A DNA stretch of 63,988 bases, the filler included, from Folioceros fuciformis (taxonomy: Eukaryota): assembly GCA_049999805.1 (NCBI GenBank). It is 3 parts of one record of this genome, joined end to end, with 100 filler letters (N's around TTAATTAATTAA, not from the genome) between each part and the next. Parts side by side here need not be neighbours in the genome. Positions count along the whole stretch, not along the records: positions 1 to 14,048 come from JBNGIO010005931.1; 2 more parts are not named here. One strand, written 5' to 3'. A program made the position numbers and the translations under genes. Numbering within the stretch: the first letter of the stretch is position 1; each line of letters opens with the position of its first letter. Shown here piece after piece: positions 1 through 10,855 of the stretch. Under the pieces are notes generated by a model that was not told the DNA's origin, ran no database searches, and worked only from the letters and a program-made list of their open reading frames with translations.

Positions 1-383
1 ATGCTAGTTAAGCCGAAGGTGCTGACGTGTAAGAACCTACGTATGGGCCGTATGGGCTCCCAAAATCAGATCTGTAACACTCAAACATCAGGGTATTAGA
101 ACCTGCTTTTTTTTTTCTTTTTCTTTTTTCCTTCTATGTGGCATTCAATGATAAGTCCCAGGAAACCACCTAATGCAATTTGATAAACTTGAACAACACC
201 CGTAATTCAGTCGGGACTTTCGATACATTCACATAAAAAATGAAGCTTTCAATAAACAAGTGATCTCTATTTCCCGATTTACAACTAAGGGGACATCCGA
301 ATCTTTTCTCCAAGTGAGGTTATTAGGATACAATAATTCCGAGTGACTGTCGAATCTGATTTTTTTTAGCCCCTAATATGAAT

Positions 384-2387
384 TCATCTACTGGCCATCT
401 TTTCGTCGACTCTAGAGTCTCTTGGAGGTGGAACTTCCAGGGTTTGGTATTGGGGTCTGTTCCTTCTCAATAAAAGGTATGCGAGAGCGTACCAAGCCAA
501 AGTTATGCGAACCTCCTGTTGCAGTGCCTCTGCCACCGAACTATTGCCAAACGATAGCCGCTCCAAAACTTGTTCACCATTCCTAAAATCAAAGGCCTTC
601 GAAGCTTCGAACGTGAGACCTTTGAATTCGTTACTGCATAATCCTTGAAATGCCCACCTGATGAGGGAAATCTGTGGTATCCATCTGAATATTTGAGGTG
701 TGTTTTCGGAATTGACGTAGTAGCCACCAAAGACGATGAATACCGTCATGAGCGATGGTCCAACTGCCATAGCCGCCTCCGAAGTGGGCGCGATGGCTCC
801 CACTGCCAATCCCATCGCAGTTGCTGCAAATGCCTCCACAGTCACAATGCCCGCAAATTGACCGAACCTCGATAGACATGGATTCAGCCGGGACAAGGGG
901 TAGAGGACAGCGCCGAAAGCCAAAGGAAAAGCAGCGCTGATAGGTGCCTCGGCAACCAGTTTAGCGGCGATGTAGGGTGCCATAGCGTAGCTACCTTTGG
1001 CGCTTTCCCGCTGCACAATGATACGCTCTCTGGGGAAGATATTCACCGTCTTGGTGAGTGCAGCCATGGCTGTGTTTATGGCTGCCACCTGAAGTAGCCC
1101 CATGCGATCTTGTATGGATGTCTGCGAGAGTCCTATCCTCCAAAAGATGGAGCCGAAGATGATAGCCGAGCTAATGGCCATCCTAGCCCTAACTTTGTTG
1201 GTTGCGCTGTCCCTCGTCGTCTGGGCCCAAGCACGACCAAGCAGCAAACAAAATTGTCGCCACAAACCAACTCTTCTGGGATGAGCAACCCGATTTCCAG
1301 AAGACGCAGAACCTTCTCCAACCTGTAACTTCAAATCCGCTCTATGCCCCATACCGAAGGCATCCACCAAGCTAGCCACGCACCTCCGTGTCACAGTCTC
1401 GCTATCCGGGGAACTGTAATCTACAGAGATCAGGTCCGCAAGGAATTCCGCCGGATTCACATGCTGCGGGCAATCGTAGCCCAGCTCCCGGAAGTGGCGC
1501 AGGGCTTCATCCTGTGCAGGCCCGACATACACCAGAGACCCTTCCGATAACAGCAGCAAATCATGGAATTTGCCATAAATGGAACCCCGAGGCTGATGGA
1601 TAGAGCACACAACAGTGTGGCCCTCTTCCGCCAACTGCCGCAGCGTCTCCATAACCTTTTCGGCTTGGAAGGCATCCAATCCCGTCGTCGGCTCATCTGC
1701 GAAGATCACAGACGGGCTTGCAATGAGTTCACAAGCTATGGCCAGCCGCTTCTTCTCGCCGCCGCTGATCCCTCTGGCCCTCGCATCCCCCACAACGGTG
1801 TCCGCGCAGCTCATCAGTCCCAGCCGAGACAGTAGATCTTCGACATATCGCTTCTTAGCCTCCTGGTCCACCGAGTCCGGCAACTGGAGGTCGCACGCAA
1901 ACTTCAAGGTCTCCCTCACAGTGAGCTGCGAGAAGAAGAGATCCTCTTGCCTGACATACGCAACCTTGTAGCCCGAGTGAGCATCTGTAGCACTCCCACC
2001 ATATACCGACACCAGTCCACTCAGCCGCAACTTGCTGGAGGCAGCCAACTGCCCCGCCAGGACATTCAGCAAAGTTGTCTTGCCAGATCCAGAGGGCCCC
2101 ATAATGGCCAACAGCCTCCCAGCTTTGGCCTGTCCATGCACATCCTTGAGCAAATGCTTCACCGGCTGCCCTTGCTTGTCCACCACGACGCAACTAATTC
2201 TCTCCCACTCCAGTGTCACAAGCCCCACAGACCGCTCCGCCGCTGCTGGATGACCTTCGGAGGCCCTTTCTGCAGTCTCCTGCTCTTCCGCGCATGTCGC
2301 ACCCTGAGCAAGAGGCGGCGACAAAAACCGCAGCGCACACGCAGCGACTCCTGCCGCTAGCAGCCGGAGACCGTAGCCGCACGCCAT
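384..2387 (-). CDS. ABCG7: ABC transporter G family half-transporter, ABCG7/WBC7-like, single exon
   Basis: Intact 667-aa ORF. Walker A GPSGSGKTT, signature ISGGEKKR, Walker B IFADEPTTGLD, H-loop CSIHQP, and a C-terminal ABC2 membrane domain. N-terminal hydrophobic segment and 'GRLLAIMGPSGSGKTTLLNVLAGQL' resemble plant ABCG7. Confidence 0.9.
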   Translation of the reverse strand: MACGYGLRLLAAGVAACALRFLSPPLAQGATCAEEQETAERASEGHPAAAERSVGLVTLEWERISCVVVDKQGQPVKHLLKDVHGQAKAGRLLAIMGPSGSGKTTLLNVLAGQLAASSKLRLSGLVSVYGGSATDAHSGYKVAYVRQEDLFFSQLTVRETLKFACDLQLPDSVDQEAKKRYVEDLLSRLGLMSCADTVVGDARARGISGGEKKRLAIACELIASPSVIFADEPTTGLDAFQAEKVMETLRQLAEEGHTVVCSIHQPRGSIYGKFHDLLLLSEGSLVYVGPAQDEALRHFRELGYDCPQHVNPAEFLADLISVDYSSPDSETVTRRCVASLVDAFGMGHRADLKLQVGEGSASSGNRVAHPRRVGLWRQFCLLLGRAWAQTTRDSATNKVRARMAISSAIIFGSIFWRIGLSQTSIQDRMGLLQVAAINTAMAALTKTVNIFPRERIIVQRESAKGSYAMAPYIAAKLVAEAPISAAFPLAFGAVLYPLSRLNPCLSRFGQFAGIVTVEAFAATAMGLAVGAIAPTSEAAMAVGPSLMTVFIVFGGYYVNSENTPQIFRWIPQISLIRWAFQGLCSNEFKGLTFEASKAFDFRNGEQVLERLSFGNSSVAEALQQEVRITLAWYALAYLLLRRNRPQYQTLEVPPPRDSRVDEKMASR

Positions 2388-2721
2388 GGCCCGTGCTCGT
2401 CTTGAGGACGGATGTGTGCAAACATTCGTCCCCGCCTGCGTTTCAATCTCCGAAATTATGTCAAATCCAGCGTGGCAACAGATTGGGTACGGACCGTCGG
2501 GATTATGGCTTCCGCCTCCAGGCTTCCCAAAATCCTCTATCCCTTAAGGCTATGCACATTCTTCTCCTTTCAATTCACAAACGTACATACGTAGGGCTGC
2601 TTTCCATGCCCAAAGTTATAACAAAGGTAAACTTCTGAAATAATTATGTAAAGAGATAAGGACGACAAGTTCTATGCGTGAAGACGGGGAGTCGTGGCAA
2701 AACTTTTGAAATTGGGGCAGA

Positions 2722-2821
2722 NNNNNNNNNNNNNNNNNNNNNNNNNNNNNNNNNNNNNNNNNNNNNNNNNNNNNNNNNNNNNNNNNNNNNNNNNNNNNNN
2801 NNNNNNNNNNNNNNNNNNNNN
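2722..2821. other. Assembly gap (100 N)
   Basis: Run of N. Confidence 1.
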
Positions 2822-3269
2822 AAGATAGGAACAAGCACCTACCATTATCTTTGTTGCCACCATTTAGCAACAATAACAAATCCAACATTGTGGGTATAGA
2901 TGCAACAAGTATTATTCATACTCCAACATTGTGAAGCGGCTTCCAAGGCCCCTCCACCAACAAAGCATCCCATAGCAAGTGCACACCAAAGTAAGGAATG
3001 TTGTCCCTTGAATGGAATAGATGGCGGCATACATAGATGTCTCTACCTACACCCTAGTTGTATACATAGTTATGAACCAAACATCCCAAACAATGAGCCC
3101 AAACACACTCTAGTAAAAGACCTTATAAGTTCATGCAAGATTTGGTGTACCACATTATGTGAGGACTAGTGTAATGCCAAATTAAAGTTAGGGAATATAG
3201 CTGAATTGCACATAAACAGAGCCGGAGCCTAAGACTCCAAAAGCTTCATTAAACTAATTGTGTTTAAGT

Positions 3270-3630
3270 TTGGGAGTACTTTAGTGTTCTTTAGCATTAG
3301 AATATGTAGGTACATACTCTAGAGTGATATGATTTGATGATACATCATCTCTAATGAAGTGATGATGAACTTTAATATGTTTCGTACATGTATGGAACGG
3401 AACACAAGATTCTGCACTAAGGTACGATGTGCCGACTAATTGTCATAGTATATAAGAGTAGGATCTTTCTAGTCTAGTCTAAAGCCCTTGAGCAATCTTC
3501 TTAACCAAATTGCCTCTTTTGCCGCTTGTGGAAGAGTTGAATTCTCAATCTTTATTGAAGAAAGAGACATAGTGAATTGCTTCTTATAGGATCAAGTTAC
3601 CGCTACACCAGCCAACATGAAGGCATATTA
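3270..3630 (-). mobile_element. Decayed Ty1/copia RNase H remnant, truncated at about 3631 by the DNA transposon
   Basis: Minus-strand translation across stops and frameshifts gives YAFMLAGVAVT*SYKKQFTMSLSS...AKEAIWLRRLL...TLIYYDN*SA...TKHIKVHHHFIRDDVSSNHITLEYVPT. Confidence 0.7.
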
Positions 3631-3851
3631 ACATGGTCTGCACCTAATAGTCGTTTTCCATGAAGCCCGTCTGGTGCACATTTGAATTTACACCATCCTA
3701 GTCACACATCCATATTTTAGCCTTTTTTTCAAAAACCACTTATACTGACGTGTGATGGACATAATTGATCTCCACACATTTGCTTTAAGCCCACAACCAA
3801 GTGGTACATGAACTCTTCAAACTCCAGAACTTTGAGAAAAAAAAGAATCTT

Positions 3852-3886
3852 ACTTTCGGTGCGCCTGTCTACCGGCGCCCGAAAGT
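3852..3886. repeat. Subterminal extended palindrome (24-bp core motif)
   Basis: ACTTTCGGTGCGCCTGTCTACCGGCGCCCGAAAGT; the core begins 226 bp from the inferred terminus. Confidence 0.85.
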
Positions 3887-4002
3887 GTATGTTGGAAGGA
3901 CAGGAAACTGGCTATCTGCATCCCATGGATTAAAAAATGAAATAGTCAAATTTGTTCATAATCATAATATACCATCCACTTCCACTACTCTTAAAATCCC
4001 CT

Positions 4003-7000
4003 CTAAACAAAAACATGAACGTCTCGGTTGGCCTCGGAATCGACAACTACATCTACGTCTTTAAGGCGCTGGCCCTCTATGTCTCCAAAGTCGTCTCCCT
4101 CCACATCTAGAACAGAGAAATGCGGGTCGTCTATAGTCTGAGGCGGAATTGTTCCATTCTCATCCCATATAGTTATAGCATAAAGGTCTTCCGGTGGCCT
4201 GTCGTCCGATTGTGAAAAAATCTCTCCTTTTTTTCCCAACAAACTGAATACCTGCATTTGACAATCCACGCTACCATCCGCGCAGACTTCTTTGGCCCAA
4301 AACTTCGTGGGCCCGTGCGAGAAGTGCTCTGTGCTGATCTCCTCATCAGAGTTTGGCAAAGAGCCTATGCCATTCACCCGTTGCATGATGTAAGTGGTAC
4401 ATCTTATATCCATATCCACTTCGAAAATATGCCTTCATCTTTGAATCGCAGACTGTAGAAATGACCCAGATCCTGCGCAAGCATCCACTACCCAGTCCCC
4501 TTCAACGGAGACCATATTCACCAACATACCCATTAAACCAAGGGGCTTTTGATACGGTGAGACGACTAGCGAATCTGCCGAGTGGAACAGATGGTTCTTC
4601 ACCCCAGCACCATGCCTTATGACTCTCGGAAGAAGGAATCCCTAATTCGTGAATAATGAAGCTTTTGTGTCCCGAGCTTCAGAGTGAACTGCACTTCCCA
4701 CAGTTAAATACTTGACAGTCTCTATTGCGCTTGCATTGGGAGGTATATTAGTCTTCTCCCACACTAAGGTTTGAATGGTTGCCTTCTTGCACCATGGCCG
4801 AAGTGCTTTCCTAGCCTGTGTAATCAGATCCATGCCATGCATAAGAACCACCCTATACACATTACTGCTGGTGCATTCTAAAAACCCTTGGATCATGTCT
4901 TCAAGCTCTTCGCTTGTCAACTGCCTGTCGTATTCATGTCGTTGCAATCCGCGAGACAAATCTACGAATAACAGAGTATACGGTCGTTTTACCAGAAATG
5001 TTTTCATCTCCAAAACGTTTCGATGGATAACTTGATACTTAGTCTTATTGTTACTGTTTGGGACTCTGAACTCTGATAATCCTGCATCTATATCTGCATC
5101 TACGAGTTCTGCTTTTCTTTTTCCATGCGCTTCTAATTTCTAGCAAAATAAACATAATCTTGAAAAGGCTTTGGCAATGCTTCAAGATCTGTGATGTCCA
5201 CTGGTTTCTGCCAAAAAGCATTTCGTTCAAGAAACCACACAAAAAGCAGAATCATAAATGAAGAATTACGTCATTCGAGCCTATGTAAGGAAAACATCAC
5301 TTCTAAGACTAGAGTGCGCCGGTAGACCGGCGCACACTCTCCCCAACCTACACGAAAGTCTTTTAAGTGGCCGGAGTGCGTCGGTAGACCATTTTTTCGC
5401 AATGCGTTATTTATTACGGAACATTCTAGAGATCTGGCCAGAGTGCGCCGGTCTACCAGCGCACTGTAGCCATTTTTCCGGAATGCGACGGAAGACAGCG
5501 CATTCCAAAGAAATCAACTAAAGTGCGCCGGTCTTCCAACGCAGTCCACAAAACTATCAGAAGTGCGCCAGTAGACTGGCGCACTCCAACCAGCATGCTC
5601 AAAAACATCTAAACACTTTGAAAAGCAAGTGTACCACTTAAGCAAAGGCGGTTTGGAACTTGAGTAGATGTGCGTCTTCCGTGTGCTTGGGATACAAGAC
5701 TTTCACTTCCTCAAATGTTGCGCACTTCAAAGCCATCCTAAAAGCATGTTGTATGAAATGTATCTTTTTCTTCTTCCCTACCTCTATGTCCATGTCTTTC
5801 AAGTGCAGCTTGCCCTGGATAACCTTTTGTGTCACACCTATAAGCATTTCCTCGCCTTTAACCCCTGTTGGGACTCCTTGAAAAGCCCTCCAAGGTCTTC
5901 CCTGCATTGCTGCAACCTTCTTCGATGAAACGTCTGCCATTTGCGCACTACTGGAAGCAAGTCCAGCTTCCCCAGGTTTCCTCTTGGCTTTTGCACGTTT
6001 CTTTGTCCTAGAGCTTTCTCCTATTATCTGTTCAAGGAGCTCACTCCTCTCCCAAATTCGGAATATCCTATCTACGTTTTCCCACATGATCCCACTACAC
6101 CTGGCCACTCAATATGGTAATGTCTGCCTGTCTACCATGTTTTGCACTCAATCAGTGTCCCGAGGGTCCCCTCCTTCATCTGTCATTCCAAGCAACCTGT
6201 ACAGATAAAACTTCCACTTCACAAGGGGCTTCTCATCCAAGTTGTGTTTCCTATAAAAGATATCAAGCTCGTCGTGTATATACCAAACTGCTCAATAAAG
6301 CCCATTCTCTTTCTCTTATTTGCGTAGACATTATGATCCATTGCGAGCACTCTCATTTCCTCCTCTATTAGTCCTGCATATACATGCCCCTCCATCCATT
6401 CATACTTGTCTTCAGCTAGGTACATCAAGTGCAGCTTCTGCATAGCTGCGAAGCAGTGGTTTCCTCCAAGCACTCCCATTTGATACTGTTGCGCTGTGAT
6501 CTTGTCCAGCGAAACATCTTCTTTTTTGGAATCCTATTTGGGATCTATCGTACAAAGTAGAGGCAAAATGCCTTCCTTAACTGACCCTGATTGCATCTGT
6601 CTGACCAGGCACTTCATCCACGCTTCGTCTACCTCCCATATTTATGCATCTGCTGTTATGTAAGTAGCCGGATGAAGGATGTCAACATGAAGATCAAACG
6701 TTGTTGATCGAATCCGTTTTGCATGGGCTTTTCTACGAACTGCATTCAAATAATCTTTGTCTTGCACAACTCTCTCCAACCTTTCTATGTCTGTCTCTAC
6801 AGTCCGTGGTGGCTCCTCTTCACAATTTGGACCTTGGGCCTTCCGCCTCTGCTTAGGCCGAGTAGCTACATCGCCTCCAGTAGTTGACATCCTGTTCCTC
6901 CTCTTCTGCGGTGAAGTAGCTGCCATTGAAACATTTGTCATTGTTAGGCAAGATGTTAAATCGTGTGGCAACCGAAGGTAACATGTTGCAAACAAAACAA

Positions 7001-8330
7001 AACACAAACAAGAGTGGGTGAGTGGATAACAACAACCTGTGTTCCTCTTTCGCATCTTCAAGGGAGAGGTGGTTGCGGTCTTCCTCTTCCGTTGAACAGG
7101 GGCGCCGGTAGCCCAGCGCCCTGTCTTCAACTTCTTTCGTGGTGGCGATATCTCGATGGGCGAATATGATGCTGCATCTTCATCCTATCCTAAGCCTCAA
7201 GCCACATCTACTGCTTCATTCAGGCTATCTTTGGTGGATGAATACTCTCCCATTTCTTTCTCCTCCTCACCGTTGAGCTGTTTTGGGTCAGGGATGTCGT
7301 CTTATGAAAGCTTTGGCTACATGCGCCGCATCTCCAAAGGTCTCTCAACCCTCTCTGTTTGCCTAGATGCGATGGGCCTGAACTTTGCTTGAATTGAATG
7401 CCTTTGGCGCTCTCCTGCGATTCTCGATGCCAACGCCTAATTCTTCAAAACGCAATCAGCAACACAGTGCAAGACAATTCGACAGAACTGTTCGCCGCCC
7501 TGCAATAAACACATAATGGGTAATTTAGGGTTACCTAACCCTGTCACTTAAAACATGAACCGAGACTGAATTAAAGATATACTAACATCTTCCAAATTCA
7601 AGCAATCTTTAAAAGCGTTCTTTAGCCACATCAATTCGCAACGCCGTGGCACAACTTTCGCAACATTCACTACAATGAGGCTGTGGCTATCGTAGTCATC
7701 AGTGATATGACTTGGTGGGTGCCGCGTGCATATGAAATTGACATGGGTTTCCTCTTCCACGCCGTCAACAGATGCACACAGAATCCATCCAGGCCTCCCT
7801 GCCTCATCATCCTACAAGCCTTGGAAACCGTTAACCCATAGAGCCACCAGCAGCACCCATGGCAAAGTGCAGTCTTCTGGCTCCTCTTCTATCACTAAAA
7901 ACCACTCTTTGTCTGTGTTGAATCTTTTGGCAAGCGTGTCTTCAAGCTTCTTCAGCTTCAAACGCTCCACAAAGTTGTACACATTTGGAATGTTGTGGTT
8001 CTAGCTACCACCTGTGCTGCCACTCTGAGTCACATTCACAGGAACATGGTTAATGTGCACTTCGCCAGCTTTGTTGTTCGAGGCACGGATGCTCCCAGCA
8101 GAATTGTCTTTCCTCAGTGCAACAGCAGGTGGCTGAGGTATAACATCCCCTATTGTGATCACTAGTCCCCGTTGGCTATCTCTTTTCAACGAATGGGCCA
8201 GATGCAGTGCAAGCTGAAGCTTTCGCAGCCTGCCATTGTTTTTTCAACCTTGGTGGTGCCTCCAATGCCTACATGTCCATTGCCGCATTCAATTGCTTGT
8301 TGCTCCGTTCATATTCAAGTGGCAGCTTAA
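4003..8330 (-). pseudogene. Multi-exon transposon cargo gene: unknown N-terminal domain + ParB-like domain + beta-class N6A/N4C DNA methyltransferase-like domain + acidic C-terminal domain (degenerate, copy A)
   Basis: ParB-like: EVDEAWMKCLVRQMQSGSVKEGILPLLC...VLGGNHCFAA...LIEEEMRVLAMDHN (about 6340-6640). MTase: LLFVDLSRG (4948-4962), LVWEKTN, SPYQKPLGLM...EGDWVVDACAGSGS (about 4462-4560). GT-AG intron at 5208-5634. Contains stops and frameshifts; start is approximate. Confidence 0.75.
5313..5585. repeat. Cluster of five 24-bp palindromes inside the intron of the ParB-MTase gene
   Basis: Variants of AGTGCGCCGGTAGACCGGCGCACT at about 5313, 5375 (partial), 5442, 5522 and 5562. Confidence 0.85.
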
Positions 8331-8427
8331 TTATGTCAAAGTAGCCCTATCTTCAATCAAACTCCGAGTGACGTTAGCTTGCAACTTGTAAGGAAGGTCA
8401 TTTGCGAGCAATCCTTGAGACATTGGC

Positions 8428-10855
8428 ATGGATGGGCAGGCTTCTTCCTCATGAGAAATGGTGGCGATGACAACAGTGGAGTTCAACTCTCAAGGTAGGT
8501 GAGGAATTCGGTTTGTGAAGGACATTCGTGTGTTCTAGTTGGAAGTTTATGTATAAGTTTTCTGCTCGTGTCATGATGCCTTGAAGTTGATGACTCAGAA
8601 GGGTACGACATCAACTTCTGAGCTTTGCCTGTACGCCTTAGTCTTTTGGACGACGTCCATACTTCAAAAATCCCATGCGCATACACTCTCCTTTCAGACC
8701 AACGATCCAGAAAACAACACCTATCAAGCGGAATGCGGACAACACAATCTTGCACACTCACGTTGTTAATGTGGATGTTGAAGTACATGCGAGTGGTAGC
8801 TGGATACCCGGAACTTCAAGCGGGCTGTGCTTCCTTGCCGAAGATGAAGGAGTTGATGTGTTGTCGGAAGAAGATGGCATGACGATTGGCACTACGGTGC
8901 GAAGATCATACAATCTAAAACCATCATCCGAATCTCTGATTGAAACTCTAGGAGATCATCGACATAGTTGGAAGAAAAAAATCTCGACTATACCTGAGGC
9001 AAAGTGCTCTGAGATCCATATTTTTGTTGATTACCGCAGGATATGTTGTGCAAAGCAGGGTCTTAGATCCTTAGGAAAACCAGGCTTTCGGGATTTGAGG
9101 TACTGATTTCTAAACATGTGCATGACAGAGCAATAAATGTTTCTGCAAACATTGTTCAATGTCAATCGTACCACAAATGGACGCTCTACAGTGGAGACTT
9201 TTTTCATTGGATCTGCAAAGATACGCTGTTGTCGGGACACCTTTAGATGAGTTTTCTGTATCGGTGCGAACAAGTACGAGGCTGCGGAAGAAAGAGCTCT
9301 AGATAACATTGTGTGGGTGCACTCTATTCGTGCAGAGAAGCGCACCACAGACCGTGTTATGGCCGCATGTGTTTGGATGGATCAATTATTTTTGCTAATA
9401 GCAGAACGCATGCCGAACATCGAAGTGTACCACCTTCCAGACTCGTACACGAAAGAGGAAATTTTTTTGGAGTACAAGAGGCAAATGCAACAAGCGGAAC
9501 AGTACAATGTGTCTTACTCTTATTTTTGTCAGTTGTGGGCTTCACATTTTCACAAAGTGCGAATTCCGAAGACCAATAGGTTTTTGTTATGTACTACCTG
9601 TGACTACCTGAAAAGGAACATACGTTCCGAGTATAATAAGAAGAAACAAGGTACGTAAGAGTGTTTTAAAAGTGTGTTTGTTGTGGGCATTTCAAGTGCG
9701 TCGGTCGACCGGCGCAATTCCTTTCCTCCTTGCGTTATAAGCGCGCGGGTTGACCGGCGCACTCTATCATCTGGGTATAATAGGAATGCACCGGTAGACC
9801 GCCGCACTCCCTCTGCTGGGCATTACGAAGTGTGCCGGTCTACCGGCGCACCTCTAAATGCATTGATGGTAGGTGTGTGCCGGTCTAGGTAGACCGGCAC
9901 ACACCCACCATTAGTGCATATTTCTTATTATTCTGATTTGAAGTTCCATGCGTTTTTTGTAGAGGGCTTCGAATCTGACTTGAAGATACATCGACATAGA
10001 TTGAAAGTAGAGCGCGAGAAGAGTATCAAACATTGGGTCAAATGTTGTGGCGACCCCAGGAAGTACATTGGGATATCTGTGGATGGAATGGATCAACAAA
10101 AGACTTAGCTACCCCATTTCGTTCGAGTACCAAAAGATTTGGCGAATGTTGGCCTCCTTGATGTGCATGTGGTAGGGTGTATGATATACAACAAGACTAT
10201 AACACCCAAGCTCTTCATCGAGTTTGGGAACATTCGAAACGATGGGAACCTAACAATATCAATTATTCAGCGCGTGATACACGAGTACGACGGCCTGCTA
10301 CCTAGAGTTCTATACTTGCAGCTAGACAACACTACACGGGAGAACAAAAACAAGTTGCTTTTTTCTTATTTGAATATGTTAGTGGAAAAGCGGGTTGCAT
10401 TGCATCATTGGTTGTATTGTTAGTGGGCCATATGCACGACCAGGTAGATAAGATGTTTTCCAGGTTTTCAACGGCACTTAGTCGGAAGGAAGCTTTGACT
10501 TTACCAAAACTTATTACAGTCTTACAGAACGCGTATACCCCCATGCCAGACATTCATGAGGTGAAAGAGGTGTTGGGCTTTAGAAAGTTTGTGTGGCCTA
10601 TACCATATGGGAAAGCAAGGTATCAGAATGTTGCAGCGATTCATCAGCTCCTTAATATATCTTTTCAACCCCAGTTCAAGATCACGAAGGAGAGCCGCGG
10701 AGATCGTGGATCTCTTACAGTGATGAGAGGGAAACAGTATTCCACCGATCAATACTGGTCGCCTGATGATGATATGGAATTTCTCAAACTAGTTCCGGAT
10801 GAGGTTATGAAAGCCGCTCCACTGATGCATCTGCAGGTGAGGAGTGCTGGAAGGA
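8428..10855 (+). pseudogene. Sola/DUF7869-like DDD transposase (degenerate, copy A), intron 9651-9962
   Basis: Cys-rich N-terminal part (ICCAKQ...CCRDTF), WASHFHKVRIPKTNRFLLCTTCD. Putative catalytic motifs SVDGMDQQKT, YLQLDNTTRENKN and LLVGHMHDQVDKMFS. Cut by an LTR at 10856. Confidence 0.75.
9695..9904. repeat. Cluster of five 24-bp palindromes (about 45-bp spacing) inside the transposase intron
   Basis: Motif variants at about 9695, 9740, 9785, 9829 and 9873, between donor GTACGT (9651) and acceptor TTTTTTGTAG (9962). Confidence 0.85.

Larger units (their letters stand above)
3632..10855. mobile_element. Large Sola/DUF7869-like DNA transposon, copy A (ParB-MTase cargo on minus strand, transposase on plus strand); right end interrupted by a copia insertion
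   Basis: Colinear homology with 57748-63988. Left end CATGGTCT...AAGCCCGT...ATTTGAA matches the left end of copy B and coincides with the break in the copia RNase H frame. Confidence 0.75.

Noticed and set aside
503-2638. Many short overlapping ORFs around ABCG7
   Set aside because: Alternate-frame or antisense shadows of a GC-rich CDS with no recognisable motifs.
4003-8330. Bacterial or phage contamination as the source of the ParB-MTase
   Set aside because: The gene has GT-AG introns, is nested among plant retrotransposons, occurs in several decayed copies and shows CpG-type decay.
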